Program-made: the position numbers and the translations under genes
From: Mollicutes bacterium
Lineage (GTDB): Bacteria > Bacillota_I > Bacilli_A > RF39 > UBA660
Length of the DNA stretch: 57,376 nucleotides
Assembly (NCBI GenBank): GCA_012837765.1
Contig: DUQO01000039.1
Coordinates: 1-57,376 of the forward strand
Direction: 5' to 3'
In this document: piece after piece, positions 7,847 to 17,908 of the stretch
Numbering within the stretch: position 1 is the first letter of the stretch
How the letters are laid out: each line of letters opens with the position of its first letter
The notes under the pieces: model-generated
Seen by the model: only the letters and a program-made list of their open reading frames with translations
Told to the model about the DNA's origin: nothing
Databases searched by the model: none

Positions 7847-8773
7847 CTACTCAAATATTTTACCTATTAAAAGTTCCTTATTTTTTAAACCATTCAAGAA
7901 ATCTTTGGCACTCATTCTTTTGCGTCCTTCTAATTGAATTTCTGTAAGAATTATTTCACCATTACTTACTTTTACCCCAATTCCATCATCATACAATTTA
8001 ACAATTTCACCATTGAAGTTTGAAAAGTAAGTGTTTTCCCCTATTCTTGAATTCCATACTTTTAAAACTTTTGCTTCTAATATACAATAAGCACCTGGCC
8101 ATGGATTTAAAGCTCTTATTTTATTATAAACTTCCCTTTTTGATTTACTAAAGTCTATATGTTCATCTTCTCTTTTGATATTTGGTGCAAAAGAAGCTTC
8201 GCTTTCTTTTTGCCTTATTGGATTTATATTTCCTGAAATAATATCTGGTAATGTTTCTAACATTAAATCACGACCTAGTAAACTTAAACGATCATGAAGT
8301 GTTCCAACATTATCAGTCGGCAAAATAACCTCTTCCCTTTGACTTATTATATCTCCTGCATCCATTTTTTCGGTCATATACATAATTGTTATACCAGTTT
8401 TACTATCGCCTCTCATTATAGCATGATGAATAGGTGCTCCACCTCTTAACTTTGGTAGTAAAGAAGCATGCACATTAACACATCCATAACGTGGCGCATC
8501 TAAAATAGCTTTAGGAATTATTTGTCCATAAGCACATGTAATAATTATATCTGGTTTCAAACTCAAAATAGCTTGATAATCATTTCTTATATTTTCTGGT
8601 TGAAATACAAGTATGTTTTTTTCTAAAGCCTTAGCTTTTACTGGTGGAATTTTATCTTTATCCCTATCTGGCTGACAAACAACACCAATAACATTATATT
8701 TTTCTATTAAGGCTTCTAAAAGTGGAACACTAAAAACAGGAGTTCCCATAAATACAATTTTAATATCTTTCAT
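7847..8773 (-). CDS. fmt: Methionyl-tRNA formyltransferase
   Basis: IVFMGTP, VNVHASLLPKLRGGAPI. 308 aa. Confidence 0.92.
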   Translation of the reverse strand: MKDIKIVFMGTPVFSVPLLEALIEKYNVIGVVCQPDRDKDKIPPVKAKALEKNILVFQPENIRNDYQAILSLKPDIIITCAYGQIIPKAILDAPRYGCVNVHASLLPKLRGGAPIHHAIMRGDSKTGITIMYMTEKMDAGDIISQREEVILPTDNVGTLHDRLSLLGRDLMLETLPDIISGNINPIRQKESEASFAPNIKREDEHIDFSKSKREVYNKIRALNPWPGAYCILEAKVLKVWNSRIGENTYFSNFNGEIVKLYDDGIGVKVSNGEIILTEIQLEGRKRMSAKDFLNGLKNKELLIGKIFE

Positions 8774-8782
8774 AAAAACCTC

Positions 8783-9139
8783 CTATATCCATTTGGTTGG
8801 TGTAACAGGAACTGATGAATCATCATAAGTTTTAAAAAAGTCAACAATATATTCCATCAACTGTCCTAAATAGTTAAACTCACTACTTACAATAAAATCA
8901 ATATCTAAAGTCTTTTTCAAACTTTTTGCAAAGTGATAATCTTTCATATACTTATATACGGCTTCATCAAGAAGCTTGATAAGAGATAAGTTTTCTTCAG
9001 CATCATCAATATTAAAGATAAAGTCTTGATAATATTGAATTAATTTTTTAGTGAATACATCATCCTCTAAAAAATCATAATTAACAATCTCATCAAAATG
9101 AGAACAACATGTTAAAACCTTCACTTTCTCCCTCATCAT
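8783..9139 (-). CDS. Hypothetical acidic cytoplasmic protein
   Basis: 118-aa ORF tightly packed between rseP and fmt. No motif recognised. Confidence 0.5.
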   Translation of the reverse strand: MMREKVKVLTCCSHFDEIVNYDFLEDDVFTKKLIQYYQDFIFNIDDAEENLSLIKLLDEAVYKYMKDYHFAKSLKKTLDIDFIVSSEFNYLGQLMEYIVDFFKTYDDSSVPVTPTKWI

Positions 9140-9149
9140 AAAACCTCCC

Positions 9150-10187
9150 TTATAATCTAGTTATATCTTGAATTGTAATAAATAGCATCAATAACATTAA
9201 CAATGCAAAACCAATGCTATGAATAATATTTTCAACTTTTGGATTCACTTTAGATCCTTTTATTTTTTCTATAATTAAAAATAATAGACGCCCTCCATCA
9301 AAAGCTGGAAAAGGTATAAAGTTAACAAATCCAACGTTGATACTTAAAAACGCAGTTAGTAACAATATATTTGCAAGACCACCTTTTGCACCTTCACCAA
9401 CAATGTTATATATACCAACAGGTCCTGCTAGTTTATTTAATCCTAAGTTACCAGTTATTAAATTACCTATTACTTGAGCCATCGATTTAACAGTTGAAGA
9501 AAATTTTACAAAAGTAAATTTAATTGTTGCTCCTAATCCGTAATTTTGTTTGGTTGTAAACGTTAACCCAAACTTATATTGTTCTTCGCCTTCTATCATT
9601 TCTTTTTTTGGTAATATTTGATATGTTTCAATGTTACCATCTGCTTTTTGCACTTTAAATGATGATGATGTTTCTTTTGAAATAAGTTCTAATTTTAAGA
9701 GCACATCATCTGCTGTACGCATTTTCTCACCATTGATGCTTAATATTAAATCGCCTTCTTCTATTCCAGCTTCAAATGCAGGATAACCTTCTAATGATTG
9801 TCCAATATAAGGTTTAAGCTCAGGTGAGCCATAGAATATACCTACAACAAACATTAACACAAGTGCAAATATAAAATTAAAAACACAACCAGCTGTAATA
9901 GTTAAAAAACGTTGAAGCCATGTTTTAGATTGCATGCGTCTTTCTTCTGGTATTTCTTCATCAAACGTAATTTCTTCACCAGCCATTTGAACAAAACCAC
10001 CCAATGGAATCAATCTAATAGCATAAGTTGTTTCATCATTTTTTCGATTAAAACTAAAAATCTTAGGACCCATTCCTAATGAAAATTCATATATGTAAAC
10101 ACCTGCCTTTTTCGCAAAAATAAAGTGACCTAATTCGTGTATAAAAATGGTTACACCAAGAATTAAAATAAAATATATTAAAGTCAT
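9150..10187 (-). CDS. rseP: Site-2 (RIP) zinc metalloprotease RseP/RasP
   Basis: HELGHF, a PDZ-like middle region, and NFIPFPAFDGG. Start set at ATG 10187, which has an AAAGGTGG SD. Confidence 0.9.
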   Translation of the reverse strand: MTLIYFILILGVTIFIHELGHFIFAKKAGVYIYEFSLGMGPKIFSFNRKNDETTYAIRLIPLGGFVQMAGEEITFDEEIPEERRMQSKTWLQRFLTITAGCVFNFIFALVLMFVVGIFYGSPELKPYIGQSLEGYPAFEAGIEEGDLILSINGEKMRTADDVLLKLELISKETSSSFKVQKADGNIETYQILPKKEMIEGEEQYKFGLTFTTKQNYGLGATIKFTFVKFSSTVKSMAQVIGNLITGNLGLNKLAGPVGIYNIVGEGAKGGLANILLLTAFLSINVGFVNFIPFPAFDGGRLLFLIIEKIKGSKVNPKVENIIHSIGFALLMLLMLFITIQDITRL

Positions 10188-10200
10188 ATTGACCACCTTT

Positions 10201-11001
10201 CTATAGAACAAACATTAACATAACATAACTTAATACAGCAAATATAAAACTATCTAAACGATCTAATACGCCACCATGACCTGGCATAAGATCAGAAAAA
10301 TCTTTTTTGTTATACAATCTTTTTATCGAACTAAAAACAAGATCCCCCATTTGGCCCACTAGTGATAGTAATGTTGTTCCTAAAACTAAGTATAAAATGT
10401 TTATTCCATCATTGATTGTCATGTAATAAAAGACTGAACCAATCAAAACACCAAAAATGGTACCAAAAATAAGGCCTTCCCATGTTTTTTTAGGTGAAAT
10501 GCTTTCTAATAACTTATGTTTACCAATTAACATACCACTTATCAAAGCGTATGTATCTGTAACAGATGTAATAATAAATATATATATAACATGCATTAAA
10601 CTGTGTTCCCTTAGAGTCAAAACTAAATTATAAGAAACTCCTAAAAAGAAGACTGTACCAATAAGGAACATTGCATCATTTATATTATAGACATGGTTAT
10701 CGTGATATATTATTATTGGTAATAAAAGCAAGAATAATATTAAAACTACATTTCGATAATCAAGTAAGTAAATAAATTGATCGTCAACAGGTACATTAGC
10801 AATAAAATATACAAAAGTTGCAAATGTAACAAGACGCATAACAATAGGTACTTTTCGTTTTATATCTCTCATTTCAAGCATTTCTTTTAAAGATAAACAG
10901 CCTATTGTTAATACAAACAATGAAAAAATAGTTCCACCAATAAATAAAATTGGCACGCATATTATTAGAAGAATAACAGCTGTTAATACTCTACGCTTCA
11001 T
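10201..11001 (-). CDS. cdsA: Phosphatidate cytidylyltransferase
   Basis: SSIKRLYNKKDFSDLMPGHGGVLDRLDS signature. Multi-TM. Confidence 0.9.
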   Translation of the reverse strand: MKRRVLTAVILLIICVPILFIGGTIFSLFVLTIGCLSLKEMLEMRDIKRKVPIVMRLVTFATFVYFIANVPVDDQFIYLLDYRNVVLILFLLLLPIIIYHDNHVYNINDAMFLIGTVFFLGVSYNLVLTLREHSLMHVIYIFIITSVTDTYALISGMLIGKHKLLESISPKKTWEGLIFGTIFGVLIGSVFYYMTINDGINILYLVLGTTLLSLVGQMGDLVFSSIKRLYNKKDFSDLMPGHGGVLDRLDSFIFAVLSYVMLMFVL

Positions 11002-11060
11002 TATATATCACACTCCTTACTTATATATTAATTATAATACAAAGGCATCATTATTACAAC

Positions 11061-11123
11061 AAAAACAAACATATAAATATAATGTTTGTTTTTTATCAAA
11101 AAAAAGAACTACAAGTAGTTCTT
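11061..11123 (-). terminator. Two consecutive hairpin terminators after the rpsP-KH unit
   Basis: First hairpin: AAACAAACAT (11063-11072) / ATGTTTGTTT (11082-11091). Second hairpin: AAGAACTAC (11104-11112) / GTAGTTCTT (11115-11123). On the minus strand each is followed by a T-run. The second overlaps the stop codon. Confidence 0.65.
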
Positions 11124-11370
11124 AAAAAGAATCAATGTTAATTCTAACTTTTTTATTCTCACCGACATATGAAGCTGCTTGGACAACAGTTCGTATTGCA
11201 TTTGCAATACGACCTTGTCTACCAATGATAGACCCCATTGCTTCTTTATCGATCATTATTTGAATAAGTATATAATCTTCATTTGTTTCAAATTGTTTAA
11301 CTGAAACAATATCAGGATCTTTAACTAATGACTTAACGATAGTTTCCGTTAATAATACTAAATCAGTCAT
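11122..11370 (-). CDS. KH-domain RNA-binding protein (YlqC family)
   Basis: 82 aa with GRQGRIANAIRTV (GXXG KH motif). Immediately downstream of rpsP as in many Firmicutes. Confidence 0.85.
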   Translation of the reverse strand: MTDLVLLTETIVKSLVKDPDIVSVKQFETNEDYILIQIMIDKEAMGSIIGRQGRIANAIRTVVQAASYVGENKKVRINIDSF

Positions 11371-11642
11371 TATTTGCCACCCTTTTGTTCATGCAATTTA
11401 GTCATAATGCCTGCCTTACTCAATAAATCACGAACTGTATCAGAAGGTTTTGCTCCTTCTTTTAACCATTTCATTGCCTTTTCCTCATCAATTTTAATTT
11501 CTGCTGGATCAGTAAGCGGATTGTAAGTACCTATAATTTCGATAAAACGTCCATCTCTTGGACTCCTTGAATCAGCAGCAACAATTCGATAAAATGGTCT
11601 TTTTTTAGCTCCCATTCTTCTTAATCTTAATTTAACAGCCAT
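11370..11642 (-). CDS. rpsP: 30S ribosomal protein S16
   Basis: [35 protein letters not shown]. Start set at ATG 11642 with an AAAGGAG SD. The track ORF extension lacks support. Confidence 0.95.
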   Translation of the reverse strand: MAVKLRLRRMGAKKRPFYRIVAADSRSPRDGRFIEIIGTYNPLTDPAEIKIDEEKAMKWLKEGAKPSDTVRDLLSKAGIMTKLHEQKGGK

Positions 11643-11694
11643 GTATACATCTCCTTTCCATAAATCACTATATAAAAATATATCACAAATAAAC

Positions 11695-11725
11695 AACAGT
11701 GTCAACCATAAACGTTGACACTGTT
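11695..11725 (-). terminator. Rho-independent terminator of trxA
   Basis: 12-bp perfect stem AACAGTGTCAAC (11695-11706) / GTTGACACTGTT (11714-11725). T-rich tract follows on the minus strand. Confidence 0.75.
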
Positions 11726-11753
11726 ATTATATGAATTATCTTTTATTTTTAAA

Positions 11754-12068
11754 CTATTTTATACTTTCATCAATCCATGAATTTAACATATCCAATGTTT
11801 GAAAACCATTTTTTTGTGATATGTTTACTCCGTCTTTATATAAAAGTAAAGTTGGAACACTCATAATACCAAAACGTTGTGTTAATTCTTCTTGTTCATC
11901 GATGTTTACTTTTATAATTTTTACATCTGCTCTTTCGTTTGCTAAAGCTTCAAGAGCAGGACCTAGCATTTTACATGGCCCACACCATTCAGCATAAAAA
12001 TCAACTAAAACAATTCCTTCACTAACTAATTCATCATAATTTTGATGTTCAATTTGTATAACACTCAT
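11754..12068 (-). CDS. trxA: Thioredoxin
   Basis: WCGPC active site. 104 aa. Confidence 0.93.
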   Translation of the reverse strand: MSVIQIEHQNYDELVSEGIVLVDFYAEWCGPCKMLGPALEALANERADVKIIKVNIDEQEELTQRFGIMSVPTLLLYKDGVNISQKNGFQTLDMLNSWIDESIK

Positions 12069-12079
12069 TATTCTTCCTC

Positions 12080-12721
12080 CTATCTAGTGTTTATTTTTCC
12101 TTTTTCATATAATTCATCAGCTCTTTCTGATGAAATAATATTATTATCTATTAAAATTTTTAAGATTTTTTTATCAAGTTGTAAGCGATCTGCTCCTTTA
12201 CTCAACTCATCCTTTAGAGCATATATATCATCAAAACTTTCAATTGTCTTTTTTGCCAGTTTTGAGACAATTGGCGTTCCCTCAAGAATCTTATCTTTAT
12301 ATTTCGATTCATTTATTATTCTTATATTAAAAACTGGTAATGTAAGAATAAACAAAATGACAAACACAATAAGATACGCTTCAGCTAATCCTAATATTGC
12401 TCCTAATATTTTAGACGGAATTGCTAAAAAAATTGTTGCATTGAGAATACGCTCAATAAACGTTGCAAGTGCAAAAAGGAATTTCATTACTATACCAAAT
12501 AACATTAATAATATTATAAATGCTATAACCTCATAGACTAATATATTAAGTGATGATATTCCATTAAAAATGCCCTTAAAATTAAATGTCGGCAATATTT
12601 TTATTAAAAACAAGGCTACTGGTCCTCTAAAAATAAAAGAAAAGACAATAACCAATATACCACCAATAGACTTAACAGTTTGTCTTAGAAAACCTCTTGC
12701 AAAGCCAACTGCAGCTCCCAT
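12080..12721 (-). CDS. cvpA: CvpA-family membrane protein
   Basis: Four or so TM helices with a soluble C-terminal tail. Divergent from rnhC, as in the B. subtilis rnhC-zapA-yshB neighbourhood. Confidence 0.6.
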   Translation of the reverse strand: MGAAVGFARGFLRQTVKSIGGILVIVFSFIFRGPVALFLIKILPTFNFKGIFNGISSLNILVYEVIAFIILLMLFGIVMKFLFALATFIERILNATIFLAIPSKILGAILGLAEAYLIVFVILFILTLPVFNIRIINESKYKDKILEGTPIVSKLAKKTIESFDDIYALKDELSKGADRLQLDKKILKILIDNNIISSERADELYEKGKINTR

Positions 12722-12850
12722 TCCTAACGCAAGTAAAATAATTACATCTACAATTGCTATACTTCATCACTCCTATCATTAACATTATATTATATTTTAT
12801 GTTAAAAGAAAAGATATTTATGTTAAAATAGGGTTAGGATGTGATAAGCA

Positions 12851-13822
12851 ATGAAAAAGCAAAAAACAATCGTATACAAAATCAGTCAAAATACAATGGA
12901 TGAAATGAAACAATATTTTGAAGACAAAAAGCGTCTCAAAACCCCTCCTTACGCTGTTTTTCAGGCAGATGAAGCTGATACTGTAATAACATTATATGAG
13001 TCAGGCAAAGTTATGTTTCAAGGTGTTAGCGCTGATATCGATGCTGCTATGTGGAAAGAAAGAGAGGCATTCTTAAACAACGGTAAAGAAGTGGTTGATC
13101 TTACGAAAGAAAAAAAGAATGAGAAAAAAGATAAAAAACAAGATAAAGATAACCGCGATTTCTATTTCATCAATTCTATTGGATCAGATGAAGTTGGAAC
13201 TGGTGATTATTTTGGTCCTATTATTGTAACAAGTGCATATGTAAAGAAAGATGACATTTATTTTCTAGAAGATTTAGGAGTTAAAGATTCAAAAAGGATT
13301 ACAGATGATAAAATTATAAAAATAGCACCTGAAATAATAAAAAGAATTCCTCATTCTATTATTATATTAGATAATAATAGTTATAACAAAAATTATAGTG
13401 TTGATATAAACATGAATAAAATAAAGGCTGTTCTTCATAACAAAGCACTATTAACACTAATTAATAAGGATAAATTTAATTATGATATGATTGTCGTCGA
13501 TCAATTTGTAAATAGAAATAAATATTTCAATTATTTAAAGGGAAACCCCAATGTAATAAAAAACATTACTTTAGTTACTAAAGCTGAAGATAAATGCTTA
13601 AGTGTTGCTTGTGCATCTATTATAAGTAGATATTTATTTTTAAAAGAAATGAAAAAATTAAGTAAGGAATTAGATATAACCCTTCCAAAAGGTGCAGGTC
13701 CTGAAGTTGATAAAGTTGGAAAAGAAATAGTAAAAAAATACGGAGAAGAAAAACTATATAGTATTGCTAAAATGAATTTTAAAAATACAAATAAGATATT
13801 AGAACAAACATCAACAAACTAG
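12851..13822 (+). CDS. rnhC: Ribonuclease HIII
   Basis: N-terminal DUF3378-like domain, then GSDEVGTGDYFGP and KDSK motifs. 323 aa. Confidence 0.88.
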   Translation: MKKQKTIVYKISQNTMDEMKQYFEDKKRLKTPPYAVFQADEADTVITLYESGKVMFQGVSADIDAAMWKEREAFLNNGKEVVDLTKEKKNEKKDKKQDKDNRDFYFINSIGSDEVGTGDYFGPIIVTSAYVKKDDIYFLEDLGVKDSKRITDDKIIKIAPEIIKRIPHSIIILDNNSYNKNYSVDINMNKIKAVLHNKALLTLINKDKFNYDMIVVDQFVNRNKYFNYLKGNPNVIKNITLVTKAEDKCLSVACASIISRYLFLKEMKKLSKELDITLPKGAGPEVDKVGKEIVKKYGEEKLYSIAKMNFKNTNKILEQTSTN

Positions 13823-13840
13823 CTAAAGGCTAGTTTTTTT
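13816..13840 (+). terminator. Rho-independent terminator of rnhC
   Basis: AAACTAGC (13816-13823) / GCTAGTTT (13829-13836) followed by a T-run. Overlaps the stop codon. Confidence 0.7.
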
Positions 13841-13927
13841 ATATCTATAAAAAAACAATTTCCTAGTTAGATAAGCCTTAACGTTAGTTACTCCTTTGAA
13901 TAGTATAGATTGAAGGGAGATAATAAA

Positions 13928-14869
13928 ATGTTTGAAAACATTGCTAATGCCTCTTTGGGAACCACACTTATTGTCATTTCTGTAATTGTTGGAATAACAT
14001 TTGTTGGAATATTCTTTTTCATTACTTATCAAGCAAATTTCTTATCCAAACTACACAACTCCCTTTTTATTGAAACGTTGATTCCACTAAGCGTTGAAGA
14101 ACTTAACAAAGAATTAGAATCCTTTGGTTTTGCTTATAATCAAAGACATGATCTTTTTTATTCAATTATGTATCCTTGGCAAAGAAAATATGGATATGGA
14201 AAGCCATATGATGATGCTGCTCCCCTACTAAGTATGATTATCGATTGTGAGCCTATTTATTTTGAATACGATAATAAAAAATGGCTGATAGAGTTTTGGA
14301 AAGGTCAATATGGAATGACAACAGGGGCTGAAATAGGTGTATATGTATCAGAAAGCAAGAATCTGATTAAAAACATCATTTACGATGCTGTTTCTGATGA
14401 AGATTGTATACCAATGTCCTTTGTTTTAAGAAAACAAGGAAATGTCCTTTTGACTAGAAATAATAGACATTGGTGGTTAACAGGCTTTAAATTAGGAGAG
14501 TTTTCAAAACCATCAGATCTAGTGATGGAAATAATTATAACACTAAAAAACAAAGAAATGAGAGATGCATTTGTTAATGGTTTAAAAAAGGTTGGTTATA
14601 AAAACATTAGAGCATTTGATAATTCAGTAAGTTTAACATTTGATAAACCATATACAAAGCAGGCTAAAACAAGAAGCAAACTCATCACTTATATTATGCA
14701 AAGAAACAATAAGCAAAATTGTTATATATACAATTCAATAACAAAAAAGTATGATAATGCTTTAGATAAAACAAATTATATTAGGCAATTCCTACCAGGA
14801 ATGTATGCACAATTATTTAACTTCAGTAAGACTGAACAATTGTTTATGAGCTATAAAACCAATCGATAA
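13928..14869 (+). CDS. Hypothetical membrane-anchored protein (resembles the DUF4474 family, from memory)
   Basis: Start set at ATG 13928 with a GAAGGGAG SD. One N-terminal TM segment. YPWQRKYGYG and WLIEFWKGQYGMTTGAEIG motifs. Confidence 0.6.
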   Translation: MFENIANASLGTTLIVISVIVGITFVGIFFFITYQANFLSKLHNSLFIETLIPLSVEELNKELESFGFAYNQRHDLFYSIMYPWQRKYGYGKPYDDAAPLLSMIIDCEPIYFEYDNKKWLIEFWKGQYGMTTGAEIGVYVSESKNLIKNIIYDAVSDEDCIPMSFVLRKQGNVLLTRNNRHWWLTGFKLGEFSKPSDLVMEIIITLKNKEMRDAFVNGLKKVGYKNIRAFDNSVSLTFDKPYTKQAKTRSKLITYIMQRNNKQNCYIYNSITKKYDNALDKTNYIRQFLPGMYAQLFNFSKTEQLFMSYKTNR

Positions 14870-14897
14870 CCACCCTTTTGATTGAAAGGAGATTTAT

Positions 14898-15812
14898 ATG
14901 AGGGTGTCGAAAAGATTATCACAAGTCTTACAAACCTCTAAAGAAATACCCTTTGACGATACTACAAAAATAATAATAATTAGTGATTGTCATAGAGGGG
15001 ATAATAGCAGAAGTGATAATTTCGCTAAAAACAAAAACATTTATTTGGCAGCTCTTAGATATTATTTGAAAGAGGATTATATATATATCGAAATTGGAGA
15101 TGGCGACGAACTATGGGAAAATAAATACCTAAGTACTGTTATAAATAATCACATTGATGTTTTTACTCTATTATCTAAATTTTATAGAAAAAAACGACTT
15201 TATATGTTGTTTGGAAACCACGATATAATAAAAAGAAATAGATGGCTTAGAAAAAACATTATGAGGGAATTTTATGATGAGAAAAGAAAAAAATATATTA
15301 CCTTATTCCCTCACATTGAAATAGATGAAGGTTTAATTTTAAGATATAACGAAACAGGCGATACTATTTTTCTTACACATGGACATCAAGGTGATTTCTT
15401 TAATGATAACGTATGGAAATTAACTAGATTTTTAGTAAGGTATGTGTGGAAACCCCTTGAATTGATTGGTGTAAGAAATCCTACAAGTGCAGCTACAAAC
15501 CATAATCGACAAAAATCGGTTGAAAAGAAATTAATTTCGTGGAGTATTAAAAACAAGCAAATGATAATTGCTGGTCATACACACAGAGCCGTAATACCTG
15601 AAGTAGGAGAACATTTATATTTTAATGATGGTTGTTGTACCCATCCTCGTCATATAACATGTATCGAAATTGTAAATGGTGAGATTTCATTAGTAAAATG
15701 GGATGTTAAATTCAAAGAAAATAGAACTTTATATATTGATAGAGAAATAATATCGGGGCCTACTAAATTAAAAGACTATTTTGATAGCGTAGATAAATTA
15801 AGTGAAAAGTAA
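14898..15812 (+). CDS. Calcineurin-like metallophosphoesterase
   Basis: DCHRGD, GDGDELWE, GNHD and GHTH motifs. AAAGGAG SD. 28 nt after the previous gene. Confidence 0.8.
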   Translation: MRVSKRLSQVLQTSKEIPFDDTTKIIIISDCHRGDNSRSDNFAKNKNIYLAALRYYLKEDYIYIEIGDGDELWENKYLSTVINNHIDVFTLLSKFYRKKRLYMLFGNHDIIKRNRWLRKNIMREFYDEKRKKYITLFPHIEIDEGLILRYNETGDTIFLTHGHQGDFFNDNVWKLTRFLVRYVWKPLELIGVRNPTSAATNHNRQKSVEKKLISWSIKNKQMIIAGHTHRAVIPEVGEHLYFNDGCCTHPRHITCIEIVNGEISLVKWDVKFKENRTLYIDREIISGPTKLKDYFDSVDKLSEK

Positions 15813-15844
15813 AAAACAAGAAACTTTTGATTTCTTGTTTTTTA
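15811..15844. terminator. Bidirectional hairpin terminator between convergent genes
   Basis: AAAACAAGAAA (15813-15823) / TTTCTTGTTTT (15831-15841), flanked by an A-run and a T-run. Confidence 0.75.
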
Positions 15845-15854
15845 TTTATTAAAC

Positions 15855-17000
15855 CTACATATTTGCTGTATATATAAAAGCAACGTATATTAAGAAAAGC
15901 ATCGCTAAGAAAGAAAGAATTAGACCGTTTATTTGTTGTGATTTATTTTCTTTATATTTTACCCCTAAAGCCATTGCCATCAAAGCTCCACCTACTAATC
16001 CTCCAAGATGTGCATATTGATCAATGTTAGGGATAGCAAAACCAAGGATTAAATTTAAAATAAGAATTGGAATTATTCGTTCTTTCATAGCACTACCTAA
16101 ATATACACGGTAATGATAACCAAAGTATAATAAAGCTCCAAATAAACCAAATATAGCACCACTTGCACCTATTGACCAAGCTTCCCCTAAGAATGCCATC
16201 GAAAGAAGCGAGCCCATTAAACCACTAAACATATATATTGCTAAAAATTTAAAACCTCCAAAAAATGATTCTATTTGGGATCCTAGTATATATAGCGCAT
16301 ACATATTCATTAGAATATGTAATGGATTAGCATGTATAAAGATAGCTGTAATTAGGCGATATACTTCCCCTCCTCTAACAAGAGGTGGATATAACCCTCC
16401 ATATGTTCCTACGAATTCAATTCCAAAAAATAAGGAAAGAGCAAATACCAAAACATTGATCGCTATAAGCAATGTTGTAACATAAGGTTTTTTATTTTTA
16501 AATACATCCTCATTTTTTCTAGCTTCCTTTTCAGTTGTTTTATTTATTTCATTAGTAATTTTTACAAACAATTCAATTCCCTCTTCGGTATGTTGTAACT
16601 TTGATGTAATATCTGGGAACACTTCGCTTATAATTTGATATTTTTTCAAATCCTCTTCTGTTGTTATATTAATGCATTCTATTTCTTTATCACTAGATAA
16701 TTTAACAGTATCTTCAACATCTAAAAAAATAGAAAGAGCTTTTATTTTAAAACTGAATGTTTTTTTCTTTATACGACTTATTAAACTATGAGTTTTATAT
16801 AAATCAAATTCTAGTTGTTCACGATTGTGAATATGACCAGACATAATTCTAATAATAGAAATAGGTGCATTCATATTTTCAAGCCATATTTCATCTTTTG
16901 CACCATGAACAATAATAGGTGTATAACCTTTTTCAGTAATAAAAAAATGTAACAGCTTCATTGTAATTGTATCTTTTGTCTTTATTGCAATATCGTTCAT
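15855..17000 (-). CDS. Rhomboid-family intramembrane serine protease with a cytoplasmic N-terminal domain
   Basis: C-terminal multi-TM core with GASGAIFG (catalytic Ser) and AHLGG (His). About 170-aa N-terminal soluble domain, as in GluP/YqgP. Confidence 0.85.
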   Translation of the reverse strand: MNDIAIKTKDTITMKLLHFFITEKGYTPIIVHGAKDEIWLENMNAPISIIRIMSGHIHNREQLEFDLYKTHSLISRIKKKTFSFKIKALSIFLDVEDTVKLSSDKEIECINITTEEDLKKYQIISEVFPDITSKLQHTEEGIELFVKITNEINKTTEKEARKNEDVFKNKKPYVTTLLIAINVLVFALSLFFGIEFVGTYGGLYPPLVRGGEVYRLITAIFIHANPLHILMNMYALYILGSQIESFFGGFKFLAIYMFSGLMGSLLSMAFLGEAWSIGASGAIFGLFGALLYFGYHYRVYLGSAMKERIIPILILNLILGFAIPNIDQYAHLGGLVGGALMAMALGVKYKENKSQQINGLILSFLAMLFLIYVAFIYTANM

Positions 17001-17011
17001 TATAAACCTCC

Positions 17012-17908
17012 CTATCCGTATGTATCAACTATTTGTGTAAATTCTTTAGGCGCTTCCACACTAAACTCAATATATTCTTTTGTCCTAGGATGGTTAAATC
17101 CTAATGTTTTAGCATGAAGCATTTGTCCAAAATTGTTTATTACCTTCTTTTTATTGTATACTGGGTCATTAACAATAGGATATCCAATATACTGCATATG
17201 TAATCTTATTTGATGTGTTCTTCCTGTTTCTAATTTACATTCTATCAATGTAGCTTTATTAAATCTTTCAATAACAGAAAAATGAGTTACAGCATCTTTT
17301 GCGTTTATATCAGTTACAGCCATTTTCTTACGATCGATTGAATCTCTACCTATAGGTGCATCAATTGTACCATGATCATGAGGAATAACACCCTCTACTA
17401 AAGCTATATACTTTCGCAATATTTTTCTTTCCTGTAAATCTTTCGCTAGTAAAGCATGAGTTTCATCATTTTTTGCAACCAACAATAATCCACTAGTATC
17501 TTTATCAATACGATGAATGATTCCTGGTCTTGCATCACCATTTACATTGCTTAAATCTTTAGAATGATATAAAAGAGCATTAACAAGCGTTTTTGTATAA
17601 TGCCCAGCTGCAGGATGGACAACCATTCCTGACGGTTTATTTACAACGATAACATCTTCATCCTCATAAATGATATCAAGTGGAATGTTTTCAGGTACAA
17701 TTTCAGCATTTTGTATATTATGATCATTTATCTTTATTTCATCATCGACTCTAACGATATAACTATTTTTAATATTTTGATCATTGACTTTAATGTTACC
17801 ATTTTTTATAAGTTTTTGAATCTTACTACGACTATAATTTAATTCTTCAATTAAATATTTATCTATTCTGATATCAGCTTTTTCCTCAGTTACATTAATT
17901 ATATTCAC
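17012..17908 (-). CDS. rluD: 23S rRNA pseudouridine synthase, RluD/RluA family
   Basis: S4-like N-terminus. HRIDKDTSGLLL catalytic Asp motif. Confidence 0.88.
   Translation of the reverse strand: MNIINVTEEKADIRIDKYLIEELNYSRSKIQKLIKNGNIKVNDQNIKNSYIVRVDDEIKINDHNIQNAEIVPENIPLDIIYEDEDVIVVNKPSGMVVHPAAGHYTKTLVNALLYHSKDLSNVNGDARPGIIHRIDKDTSGLLLVAKNDETHALLAKDLQERKILRKYIALVEGVIPHDHGTIDAPIGRDSIDRKKMAVTDINAKDAVTHFSVIERFNKATLIECKLETGRTHQIRLHMQYIGYPIVNDPVYNKKKVINNFGQMLHAKTLGFNHPRTKEYIEFSVEAPKEFTQIVDTYG

Noticed and set aside
12042-12536. Long plus-strand ORFs lying antisense to well-supported minus-strand genes. Examples: 12042-12536, 40249-40677, 44683-45021, 301-528, 6744-7013, 20294-20682, 51469-51738 and 55680-55880.
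   Set aside because: Each is fully embedded opposite a gene with clear family motifs. They have low-complexity F/L/I/S-rich translations typical of shadow frames in AT-rich DNA, and none has an SD. I treat them as non-coding.
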